A DNA stretch of 64,000 nucleotides, taken from assembly GCA_036149055.1 (NCBI GenBank), contig JAYZQJ010000182.1, forward strand, positions 48,703 to 112,702, written 5' to 3'. A program made the translations under genes and the position numbers. The notes under the pieces were generated by a model that worked only from the letters and a program-made list of their open reading frames with translations, did no database searches and had not been told where the DNA came from. The DNA is from Myxococcota bacterium (GTDB taxonomy: Bacteria > Myxococcota_A > Polyangia > Polyangiales > Sandaracinaceae). Each line of letters opens with the position of its first letter. Within the stretch, counting starts at the first letter, position 1. Shown here piece by piece: positions 31,284 to 40,069 of the stretch.

Positions 31284-33038
31284 TCAGAACCGGAACTGGG
31301 CTTCGAGGCGCGCCTCGAACTCGGTCAGCGCGGCGTCGGGCTGCGCGTCGGGCGGGCGGCACTGGTCGCCGAAGACCTGCTGACACTCCATGTTCATCGC
31401 GAACAGGAGGCTCAGGATCCCGATGTTGCGGAAGTAGTACCAGTGGAGCGCGGTGCGCACCTGGAACTGCTCGATCGGCTGCCGGAACTGCGAGCTGAAC
31501 GCCGGCGTGACGCGCGGGTCGTACTCGAGGGGCACGAAGAAGCCGCCGACGTCGGCCGCGAACATCAGCGTCCGCGGCACGAGGAGCACGCTCGCCTGGA
31601 AGTTCCAGGCCGTCTGCAGGCCGTCGAAGTCGAGCACGTAGCGGCTGTAGCTCTCGGCGCGGAAGCCGAGGTGCCAGAAGCGCCAGACCGCGAACACGTT
31701 CCACGCCGCGTAGCGCTCCACCGGGCGCTGGTCGAAGCGCGCGCCGGCGATGACCGCGAGGGTCATCGGCACCTTCGTGTAGAGGAAGGGCGTGTCGAAG
31801 CGGTCGTAGCGGCCGATGAGGTTGAGCTGGATCTGGGCGCCGGTGCCGTAGCTGAAGTTGCGGTCCTCGCTCCGGAAGAAGCGGCCGCCGACGTTGCCGT
31901 TGAACTCGCCCGAGCCGCCGGCCGCGAACACGCGGAAGCGGAGCACGTTGTCGCTCGTGATCGGGCCGCCGACCTCGAGGGCCGCGCCGTTGCCCTGCTC
32001 GAAAGCGTTGAAGAGGTAGAACGGCGGGTCGAGCAGGGGCTGCTTCGACGTCGAGACGATGAGACCCGGGCTCAGGCCGCCGGAGCCGCTGTTGATGCTG
32101 AGGTAGTGACCCTCGTTCCCGATCGGGATGTTGAAGGTCGCGAACGTCATGCGCAGCGTGCGCTCGGCGCGGAGGTTGATGAGGAAGAACGAGTTCTGGA
32201 TGAACGGGATCGGGCCGAGGGCGCGGAGCTGGATCCGCGTGAAGCGCACGTCGCCGGTCGGGTCGGTGTACTCGCTGAAGCCGTCGCCATCGAGGTCGGG
32301 CGTCTCGTCGATCCGGAGGCTGGCCGCGATGCCGGCGACCACGCTGAAGCGGATGCCGGGCGAGCTCGAGCAGACGGTCACGCTCGGGTCGAAGCGGCAG
32401 CCGAAGTCCTGACAGTCGGTGCGGCCGTCGTCGTCGTTGTCCACGCCGTCCGAGCACAGGTAGTCGTTGCGCTCGCCGTCGGCGTCGTCGCCGCGGCCGA
32501 TGAGGTCCTCGACGCTCATGTCGCCGCTGAGCTCGGGGATCTCGTCGGCGCCGGCCTGGGTCGAGGCCCCGCCGCCGCCCGAGACCGAGCCCTGCCACGA
32601 GCCCGAGCAGACGGTGATGCCCGGCGTGCTCGCGCAGTCGTCGTCCTCACAGTCGACCGCGCCGTCGCCGTCGTTGTCGATCCAGTCGCTGCAGCGGTCG
32701 TTGGTCCGCTCCTGCTCGCCGCCCGCCTGGCAGTGGGGATGGTCGAAGCAGTCCGCGTCGGCGCAGTCGGCGAGCCCGTCGCCGTCCTGGTCCTGCCGGT
32801 CGTCGCACACGGTCTCGGTGGTGGCGCGCGGCGTCTGCGTCTGCGGCTCGGGCTGCCCCGAGAAGACGAGGTTGGGGTCGCTCTCCGCGGGCTCCTCCGG
32901 CGGCGGCGTCGCGGGGCCCGTGCCCTCGCCCGTGCCCGGCCCGACCGGCTCGGTCGCCTCGTCCTGCGCGGCGACCACCGAGGCGCTCAGCGCCCCCACC
33001 AGCAGCGCCCCGAGGACGCAGCTCACGATGCTCTTCAT
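31284..33038 (-). CDS. outer-membrane beta-barrel (porin-like) with three N-terminal Cys/Asp repeats
   Basis: signal AA-Q; three C..x.D.D.DG..DC.D..C repeats; alternating beta-strands; ends EAQFRF. Confidence 0.7.
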   Translation of the reverse strand: MKSIVSCVLGALLVGALSASVVAAQDEATEPVGPGTGEGTGPATPPPEEPAESDPNLVFSGQPEPQTQTPRATTETVCDDRQDQDGDGLADCADADCFDHPHCQAGGEQERTNDRCSDWIDNDGDGAVDCEDDDCASTPGITVCSGSWQGSVSGGGGASTQAGADEIPELSGDMSVEDLIGRGDDADGERNDYLCSDGVDNDDDGRTDCQDFGCRFDPSVTVCSSSPGIRFSVVAGIAASLRIDETPDLDGDGFSEYTDPTGDVRFTRIQLRALGPIPFIQNSFFLINLRAERTLRMTFATFNIPIGNEGHYLSINSGSGGLSPGLIVSTSKQPLLDPPFYLFNAFEQGNGAALEVGGPITSDNVLRFRVFAAGGSGEFNGNVGGRFFRSEDRNFSYGTGAQIQLNLIGRYDRFDTPFLYTKVPMTLAVIAGARFDQRPVERYAAWNVFAVWRFWHLGFRAESYSRYVLDFDGLQTAWNFQASVLLVPRTLMFAADVGGFFVPLEYDPRVTPAFSSQFRQPIEQFQVRTALHWYYFRNIGILSLLFAMNMECQQVFGDQCRPPDAQPDAALTEFEARLEAQFRF

Positions 33039-33070
33039 CCGACTCTCTCCACTCATCGCGGCGAACAACT

Positions 33071-35056
33071 TCAGGGGCAGACGAACTCGGAGCCCGCCGG
33101 GCCCGGTCGGCTACAGGACAGCGACGCACCGCAGTCGTCGTCGCTCGTGCAGGGCTGACCGGCGCGCTCACCGATCACGCAGGTCCGGCCGCCCGCGTAG
33201 CGGCAGAGCGGCGGGCAGACGCGCGTGCCGTCGGGGTTCCGGGCCGGGGTGCAGACGACGCTGCCGGGCTCGGTCTCCTCGAAGCAGTCGTCGTAGGTCA
33301 TGCCGTCCGGCACCGCGACCGCGCGCGGGTTGTGGTTGCACTCCCAGTCTTCGCAGTCGGTGAACCCGTCGCGGTCCCCGTCGCGGCCGTCCATGCAGCT
33401 CCGCACGCTCATGGCCGCCTGCTCGGCGCAGGTCGCGGCCTGCACGGCCGAGCCCTCCTGGAAGTTCGAGTCCTCGTTGGCGAAGACGCTCTCCGCGCAC
33501 GGGCCGCGGATCGACAGGCACTGGCCGTCGAAGCAGGAGTCACCGGCCGGGCAGTCCGCGTCGGCGGTGCAGTGCTGTCGGCAGAGGTTCCGGAAGCCGC
33601 CGCCGGCGGACACCCGGTCGCAGGTCCAGCCGCTCGGGCAGTCCGGATCGGAGTTGCACGGGGCGCCGCAGACACCCTCGAGGCACTGGGTCGGCGACGG
33701 GCAGTCGGCCGGGCCATCGCAGAAGCGCGTGCCGAGCACGAAGGTCTGGAATCGGCACGAGAAGTCCGCGCAGTCGGTGAAGCCGTTCTCGTCGTTGTCG
33801 ACGCCGTCGATGCAGCGCTCGAAGGTCGTCTCGCTGGTCAGCGCGCAGAACTCGACCGCGTCCGGGTCGCCGTCGCGCGAGCAGGAGAAGTCGCCGCAGT
33901 CGGTGAAGCCGTCGCTGTCGTTGTCCTCACCGTCCATGCACTCGGCGAGGGTGCTCTCCTGGGCGTCGGCGCAGAACGCGGCCACCGCCGGGTCGGCGCC
34001 GGAGCCGACGTCGTTGCAGGAGAAGTCCTCGCAGTCCGGGAAGCCGTCGAAGTCGTCGTCGATCCCGTTGGTGCACTCGGCCATCGTCCGCTCCTGGCCG
34101 CAGCTCGGGTCGCTGCTGCAGTCGCGGTCGGCGCAGTCGGTGTTCCCGTCCGCGTCGTCGTCCTCGCCGTTGGTGCAGTTCTCGTCGGGCCGGCTGGCGC
34201 AGAACATGACCGCGGCCGGCGTCGCGCCGCGGCTCTCCATCGTGCAGGAGAAGTCGCCGCAGTCGGTGAAGCCGTTGCCGTCGTTGTCGTTGCCGTCCGA
34301 GCAGAGCTCGAGGGTGTGCTCGGGGCCCTGGCAGCGGGGGGCGTCGTAGCAGCTCGGGTCGGCGCAGTCGGTGCGGCCGTTGCCGTTGTCGTCGACCATG
34401 TCGCCGCAGTCCGCCTCCGGCGGGCAGGACGGGGTGCCCTGGCAGCCCGGGTCGAAGCAGTCGCGGAGGCCGTCCATGTCGTCGTCGACGCCGTTGTCGC
34501 AGATCTCGAGGCTGCAGGCCGGGTCGTCGTCGCAGTCGTCGTCGCGGCAGTCGGCGAAGCGGTCGCCGTCGTCGTCGAGGCCGTTCGAGCAGTCGCGCTC
34601 GCGCTCGCACACCGTGACGAAGTCGTTGTTGCGGCAGCTGAAGTCCTGGCAGTCGGCGAAGCCGTTGCCGTCGTCGTCGATGCCGTTGCTGCAGGTCTCG
34701 TCGTCGACCTCGGTGAGGCAGCAGAGCTCCATGATCGCCTGGCAGCCGCGGTCGCCGCAGTCGAACTGGCCGTCCTCGTCGTCGTCGATGCCGTTGCTGC
34801 AGAGCTCGAAGGTGTTCTCGACGCCGAGCGGCGGCGTGAGCGGGATCTGCTCGCCGCAGTGCCCGTTCATCAGGCAGTCGGAGTCCTGGCAGTCGATGCG
34901 GCCGTCCTGGTCGTCGTCGCGACCGTTGGCGCAGCTGAGCTCGTCGGTCTCGTAGCCGGCCGGCGGCGGGCGATCGATGACTCCGTCACCGTCGAAGTCG
35001 AGCGTGAAGCAGCCGCCCGCCGTCAGGGCGAGCACGATGGGGAGCGCGCGACGCAT
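33071..35056 (-). CDS. Cys-rich lipoprotein with 12 C.[ND]G.D[DN]D.[DN]G..DC.D..C repeats
   Basis: lipobox AGGC; repeats counted by eye; TGATG coupling to the nuclease gene. Confidence 0.8.
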   Translation of the reverse strand: MRRALPIVLALTAGGCFTLDFDGDGVIDRPPPAGYETDELSCANGRDDDQDGRIDCQDSDCLMNGHCGEQIPLTPPLGVENTFELCSNGIDDDEDGQFDCGDRGCQAIMELCCLTEVDDETCSNGIDDDGNGFADCQDFSCRNNDFVTVCERERDCSNGLDDDGDRFADCRDDDCDDDPACSLEICDNGVDDDMDGLRDCFDPGCQGTPSCPPEADCGDMVDDNGNGRTDCADPSCYDAPRCQGPEHTLELCSDGNDNDGNGFTDCGDFSCTMESRGATPAAVMFCASRPDENCTNGEDDDADGNTDCADRDCSSDPSCGQERTMAECTNGIDDDFDGFPDCEDFSCNDVGSGADPAVAAFCADAQESTLAECMDGEDNDSDGFTDCGDFSCSRDGDPDAVEFCALTSETTFERCIDGVDNDENGFTDCADFSCRFQTFVLGTRFCDGPADCPSPTQCLEGVCGAPCNSDPDCPSGWTCDRVSAGGGFRNLCRQHCTADADCPAGDSCFDGQCLSIRGPCAESVFANEDSNFQEGSAVQAATCAEQAAMSVRSCMDGRDGDRDGFTDCEDWECNHNPRAVAVPDGMTYDDCFEETEPGSVVCTPARNPDGTRVCPPLCRYAGGRTCVIGERAGQPCTSDDDCGASLSCSRPGPAGSEFVCP

Positions 35057-36072
35057 CAGTGTCCCTCTCCGTGGCCCCAGTCGCCGTGTCCGCGCAGGCA
35101 CTCCGCGCGGTCGCGACCGTAGCGCCGCTCGAACGGCACGTGGAGCATGCACGAGCCCCGCTCGGTGCGGGTCTCGCCGAGCTCACCCGCCTGCTGCATC
35201 GCGCGGATCCGCTGCTCGACGAGCGGCCGGGCCGGGCCCTGCAGGTACTCGGGCAGCTCTCCGATGCGGTGGAAGCGCGAGACGAACTCGACGAGGTGCA
35301 GGTTGGCGAAGTCGGCCAGGAGCGGCGCGAGCTCGGGGTCGGCGCGGAGCCGGCGGGCCGCCTCGGTCACCCGCGGCACGTCGACCCGGATCTCCTCGTT
35401 GCAGACCCAGCTGCACTCCTCGTAGGTCTCGCGGTGCTGCATCGACTCCGAGTGGCCGTCGCGCACCGAGATGAGGCGGTTGTAGTGCCACTCCCGGCTC
35501 GGATCCTCGTCGGCCGAGTGGATGGAGGTCATCACGTAGTCGGGCACGCCGTGGGCCCACATGCCGCGGCGGTTCCGGATGGCCTCCTGCTGGGCGCGCA
35601 GGTACGCGGGCGGCGACGGGGTGTCGTCGGCCTGGTAGGCGTGCGCGTAGCCGCGGCGGATCTGATCGACCGCGAGGTCCGGGCAGATCATCAGCACGCG
35701 GCCGTAGGTGTCGGTCGAGCCGTCGGTGGTGCAATGCCAGGTGCCGCGGCGACCGTTGTAGGTCGCCATCTTGGCGTTGATGTAGAGCTCGTAGGGGTGC
35801 CAATCGCCCCACTGGTGCCCGGGCCCGAAGGACTCGAGGGTGTTGAAGCCGGCGAGGCGGCACTGGCTGCCGCGGTACTCGCCGCCGAACACGCGGAAGG
35901 AGTCGCCGTCGTTGAAGCGAACGGGGACCGGCGTGCCGTTGATGAACACGCGGGTGTAGGCGTCGCCGAAGACGGGACTGGGCCCGGTCGTCATCACCGC
36001 GAGGCCGAGGGCGACGGCGGCGAGGAGGAATCCCAGGGATCGAGCGGAGAATCGAGAGGAGAAACGAGGCAT
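35056..36072 (-). CDS. secreted thermonuclease-like protein
   Basis: signal/TM; FNDGDSF, RLAGFNTLE, DTYGRVL, QQEA..NRRGMW. Confidence 0.75.
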   Translation of the reverse strand: MPRFSSRFSARSLGFLLAAVALGLAVMTTGPSPVFGDAYTRVFINGTPVPVRFNDGDSFRVFGGEYRGSQCRLAGFNTLESFGPGHQWGDWHPYELYINAKMATYNGRRGTWHCTTDGSTDTYGRVLMICPDLAVDQIRRGYAHAYQADDTPSPPAYLRAQQEAIRNRRGMWAHGVPDYVMTSIHSADEDPSREWHYNRLISVRDGHSESMQHRETYEECSWVCNEEIRVDVPRVTEAARRLRADPELAPLLADFANLHLVEFVSRFHRIGELPEYLQGPARPLVEQRIRAMQQAGELGETRTERGSCMLHVPFERRYGRDRAECLRGHGDWGHGEGH

Positions 36073-36131
36073 GTTGGCGCGATGAGGCTGCGTCCCCCGG
36101 GGGCGCATCGAAGGCGATCGAAGCCCGCCTG

Positions 36132-36974
36132 TCAAACGGAACCGTGCGACGACATCGAAACGGAAGCCGTCTCGTGCGCCGCGAACCAGCGCCGCAGCCG
36201 GGCGTTGATGGCCCGCGCGCACTGAAAGATCAAGCCGTGGCCCGCGAAGTCGTAGAGCACGTCGTCGTCCCCGGGCACGAGCGAGGCCAGGCGCGCCTGC
36301 TCCCGCGGGCTCACCAGCCCGTCGCGGCCGGCCCGGATCGTCTGCACCGGCATGCGCAGCGACGCGAGCCGGGACCGGGTGTCGTGGGTCATCACCGCGC
36401 GGAGCTGGCCGAGGCGGGTCCGGGGCGAGGGCCGCGAGCCGAGCTGCTCCTCCATGCGCCGGGCCATCGCCGCGCGATCGGCCACCCGCAGGTAGTCGGC
36501 CGGGTAGAGGAGATAGGCGAGCGCGTGATGACGCTCCTCCGGCGGCAGCAGGTTGACCTGCAGGAAGCCGCGCACCCCCCGGAGCGGCGGCACCCGGCTC
36601 GACGGCCCGCCGGCGTGGGTGGCGATCAGGGTCAGGGAGGTGACGCGAGAGGGCGCGGCGAGCGCCAGCTCCTGCGCGATCATGCCGCCCATCGAGACGC
36701 CGACCACGTGGGCGCGATCCCAGCCCGCGGCGTCCATCACCCGGAGCGCGTCGCCGGCCATGTCCTTCATGCCCCACGCGCCGGGCGCCTCCTCGGAGTC
36801 GCCGACCCCGCGGTTGTCGAAGGTGACGAGCCGGTGGTCGCGCGACAGCTCCTCGACCTGCGGCCGCCAGACCCGGCCCCGCATGCCCATGCCCATGATC
36901 ATCAGGACGCGGGGGCCGCGGTCGCCGTGGCGGGTGAAGGCGATGCGCGGGGAGCCGTCGGTGACGCCGGTCAC
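36132..36974 (-). CDS. alpha/beta hydrolase
   Basis: FDNRGVG.S, GVSMGG, D..V, AGH. Confidence 0.9.
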   Translation of the reverse strand: MTGVTDGSPRIAFTRHGDRGPRVLMIMGMGMRGRVWRPQVEELSRDHRLVTFDNRGVGDSEEAPGAWGMKDMAGDALRVMDAAGWDRAHVVGVSMGGMIAQELALAAPSRVTSLTLIATHAGGPSSRVPPLRGVRGFLQVNLLPPEERHHALAYLLYPADYLRVADRAAMARRMEEQLGSRPSPRTRLGQLRAVMTHDTRSRLASLRMPVQTIRAGRDGLVSPREQARLASLVPGDDDVLYDFAGHGLIFQCARAINARLRRWFAAHETASVSMSSHGSV

Positions 36975-38701
36975 GCGTCCGCCTCCTCGTCGTCCTCTTC
37001 GTCCTTCTTCCGGCGGATCTCCTCCTCGCGCACCTCCTCTTCGGGCGGCGGGGACTCCTCGCGCCGGTTCCGGCGGCCGACGAAGATCATGTAGAGCATC
37101 GCGCCGAGCGCGAGCCAGCCGGGCCAGTCGCCGAGGTACTCGTAGACGGTGTGGCCCTGGAGCATCGCCACCTCGCCGTGCAGGCTCGCGCGGTCGAAGA
37201 GCGGCCCCTCGGCGATCACGCGGCCGGTGGGATCGATGATCGCGCTGACGCCGGTGTTCGTGGCCCGCACGAGGTAGCGGTGGTGCTCGACCGCGCGCAT
37301 CTTCGCGAGCGCGAGGTGCACGTAGGGCTCCTGCGTGTCGCCGAACCAGGCGTCGTTCGTGACGTTCACCAGGAGGTGCGGGTTGGCCTCGCGCACCGCC
37401 TGCCGCACGAACTTCGGGAGGATGTCCTCGTAGCAGACGAGGGTGGAGATCCGATATTCGCGGAAGGGCAGCGGCCGGACGTGATCGCCCGGGGTGAAGT
37501 GCCCGGTGTTCGGCGAGTAGTCGTAGAGGACCGGGAAGACGTCGCCGAAGGGGATGTACTCGCCGAAGGCCAGGAGATAGGTCTTGTCGACGTGGGCCTG
37601 GATGCGGCCCGCCTCGTCGGTGATGAAGGCGGTGTTGTAGGCGCGGCGGGTCCCGTCCTCGGCGCGGTCGATGCTGAGGCCGCCGAAGATGAGGGGCGTG
37701 CGCGGGAAGCCGGGGTTGTCGATCCGGAACCAGGCGGCCGCGTTGTCGAAGAAGGGCGCGACCGGGGTGCCGGTGTCGCGCGGCACGGTGAAGGTGGCGG
37801 CGGACTCGGGCCAGACGAGCAGGTCGAGCTCCGGGTGGGCCGCCTCGAGCTCGGCGGACTGGGCGAGGTGGCGATGGAGGCCCTCGCCCGGGTCCTCGCG
37901 CTTCTCGTAGATGCCCATGTTGGTCTGCACGACGCCGACCTCGATCTTCGGCGCGGCGGCGACCCGGGCCTCGACCTCGGAGATGCGCCACGCGCCGTAG
38001 CCGAGCACGAAGACCACGCACCCCGCGAACACGGCCGGGGCGCGCCAGGCGAGCGGCTCCTTGCGCACCCGGGCCCGCGCGAGCTCGTAGAGGGCGCCGT
38101 TGCCGAGCATCGCCAGCGCGGTCAGCAGCATCGGGCCGCCGAGGTCGGCGACCTGCACCACCACCGGCAGCATGTGAAAGCTGTTGCCGTAGTAGTGGTC
38201 GAAGAGCATCGGGAAGACGGTCTCGGCCGTCAGGTACGCGGCGACGAGCGACGCGGTCGCGTTGAACCCGCGCTCCCGCGCGCGGCGCCAGAGCCAGAGC
38301 ACGAAGACGAACTCGATGGCCTGGTAGAGGAAGTAGATGGAGGCGAAGGCGAGCGCGAGCGGATACGGGAAGCCCCCGAAGTCCACGATCGTGTTCACCA
38401 CCCAGTAGAAGCCGCCGTAGTAGGCGATGTAGCCGAAGAAGAGCGCGCGCCAGAAGAACTTCCAGCCGATCGGCTTCGGGTCGGCGTCGAAGACGAAGAG
38501 CGCCGGGACCATGCCGCAGAACGCGAGCGGCCAGACCCCGAACCCGGCGAAGCCGAGGAACATGAGTACCGCGCTGACGAGCAGCAGCCCGTAGCTCCGG
38601 CCGATCTCGGCCCAGTCGCGGGCGGGCTTCTTCGGCGCCGCTTCGGGCGCGCTGGTGTTCTTCTTCGCGCCGGGGCGGGCGCGCCTCTTCTTCTTCGCCA
38701 T
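36971..38701 (-). CDS. lnt: apolipoprotein N-acyltransferase
   Basis: multiple TM segments; VQTN, WPES, K.YLLAFGEYIP, CYED, TNDAWFG, RATNTGVS. Confidence 0.95.
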   Translation of the reverse strand: MAKKKRRARPGAKKNTSAPEAAPKKPARDWAEIGRSYGLLLVSAVLMFLGFAGFGVWPLAFCGMVPALFVFDADPKPIGWKFFWRALFFGYIAYYGGFYWVVNTIVDFGGFPYPLALAFASIYFLYQAIEFVFVLWLWRRARERGFNATASLVAAYLTAETVFPMLFDHYYGNSFHMLPVVVQVADLGGPMLLTALAMLGNGALYELARARVRKEPLAWRAPAVFAGCVVFVLGYGAWRISEVEARVAAAPKIEVGVVQTNMGIYEKREDPGEGLHRHLAQSAELEAAHPELDLLVWPESAATFTVPRDTGTPVAPFFDNAAAWFRIDNPGFPRTPLIFGGLSIDRAEDGTRRAYNTAFITDEAGRIQAHVDKTYLLAFGEYIPFGDVFPVLYDYSPNTGHFTPGDHVRPLPFREYRISTLVCYEDILPKFVRQAVREANPHLLVNVTNDAWFGDTQEPYVHLALAKMRAVEHHRYLVRATNTGVSAIIDPTGRVIAEGPLFDRASLHGEVAMLQGHTVYEYLGDWPGWLALGAMLYMIFVGRRNRREESPPPEEEVREEEIRRKKDEEDDEEADA

Positions 38702-38711
38702 GCGGTGGGCT

Positions 38712-39098
38712 TCAGGCCTTGGCGCCGAGCGCCTTGCGGACCTTGGAGACGAGCTCCTCGGTCTTGAAGGGCTTGGTCACGTAGAACCGCGCGCCCGCGT
38801 TGATGCCCGCGATCACGTCGCGGGGCTGGGTCCGGGCGGTGAGCATCACCACCGGCACGTGGGCGAGCTTGCTGTCGTGCTTGAGCTGCTTCGAGAGCGT
38901 CAGCCCGTCCATGCGCGGCATCATCAGGTCGGTGACGATGACGTCGGGGCGCGCGGCCTTGGCCTTCTCGAGCGCCTCCTGACCGTCCCGCGCCGTCTCG
39001 ACGTCCCCGAGCGCCCGGAGCACGTGGTCGAGCATCTTGAGCACGTCCGGATCGTCCTCGGCGACGAGGATGCGCGGTCGACTCCCGGTGGCTGCCAT
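38712..39098 (-). CDS. single-domain response regulator
   Basis: ILVAEDD, TDLMMPRMDG, LTA, KPF. Confidence 0.92.
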   Translation of the reverse strand: MAATGSRPRILVAEDDPDVLKMLDHVLRALGDVETARDGQEALEKAKAARPDVIVTDLMMPRMDGLTLSKQLKHDSKLAHVPVVMLTARTQPRDVIAGINAGARFYVTKPFKTEELVSKVRKALGAKA

Positions 39099-39200
39099 GG
39101 CGCGCTCGAAGGTAGCACGTGAGCGCGACTCCGCCGCTCCCGCCGCCGGCGACACGCACCGATTGCGCCCCCGGAGCCGCCGCCGGCACGTGTACGAACC

Positions 39201-39216
39201 TGGCACACGCGATGCG
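39201..39216 (+). promoter_or_regulatory. sigma54 promoter
   Basis: TGGCACACGCGATGCG. Confidence 0.55.
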
Positions 39217-39238
39217 TCAGGTCGCTCCGGGGGGAATC

Positions 39239-40069
39239 ATGAAGACCGACTGGAAGCGATGCGCCTGGGCGGGCGCGCTCGCGGCGGCCGCGCTGTGCCC
39301 GAGCGCGGCGGCGGCGACCGAGGGCCCCGAGACACCCGACAACCCGTACGCCGAGGACGCCCGGGCGACGCCGCCCGAGCCGCCGGCCTCGCCAGAGGGC
39401 CCGATCACCGCGCTCGATCGGGTGCTCGCCGAGGGCTCGGCCGACCCGATCGCCGCGGTGCCGGACGCCGAAGATCTGCGGCGGGACGCGGCCCAGGAGC
39501 GCGACGAGGCGGAGGCCCGCGCGCGGGAGGCCGCCCGGCAGCGGCGACTCGCCGAGCGCGCTCGCGAGGAGGCCCGCGCCCGCGAGGAGGCCCCTTCGCC
39601 CGAGCCGCGCGCACAGCCTCCGCGGGCCCCGGTCCCGGTCGTGACGACGACGCCGCCCGCGAGGGAGCCCGCGGCGGAGCCGACACCTCCTTCTCCCAGG
39701 CCGGGACCCGCGCCGATCGCGATCGACGCCGACACCGAGCGCGCCCTCAGCGCCGCGCTCGCGCCCGTCGCGGCGCCGGCGCCGGAGCCGGAGGCGGAGC
39801 CCGAGCCGGACCCGCGCGGGGTCGCGGTGCAGGCGGCGATCCGGGAGATCTCTCCCGACGTCCGCGCCTGCGCTCCCGCGCGCCGAGGGGGCGTGGTGCG
39901 GATCGAGGCCACCTTCCGCGCCGACGGCGCCGTCCGGCGGACCCGGGTCGGCCGCGCGGCGACGCACCTCACCCCGGCCGAGCGGTCCTGCATCGCGCGG
40001 GCGGCGAGGCGGGCGCGGGCGAGCGAGCTCGGCGCGCCGCTCGAGGTGACCTTCGAGCTACGCCTCTAG
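39239..40069 (+). CDS. secreted protein with coiled coil, Pro-rich linker and C-terminal TonB-C/AgmX-like domain
   Basis: signal peptide; VRAC...F..DG.V....CI......VTFEL. Confidence 0.6.
   Translation: MKTDWKRCAWAGALAAAALCPSAAAATEGPETPDNPYAEDARATPPEPPASPEGPITALDRVLAEGSADPIAAVPDAEDLRRDAAQERDEAEARAREAARQRRLAERAREEARAREEAPSPEPRAQPPRAPVPVVTTTPPAREPAAEPTPPSPRPGPAPIAIDADTERALSAALAPVAAPAPEPEAEPEPDPRGVAVQAAIREISPDVRACAPARRGGVVRIEATFRADGAVRRTRVGRAATHLTPAERSCIARAARRARASELGAPLEVTFELRL

Noticed and set aside
31284..35056. TraA/TraB kin-recognition pair
   Set aside because: No PA14 domain or MYXO-CTERM on the Cys-rich protein and no OmpA domain on the barrel
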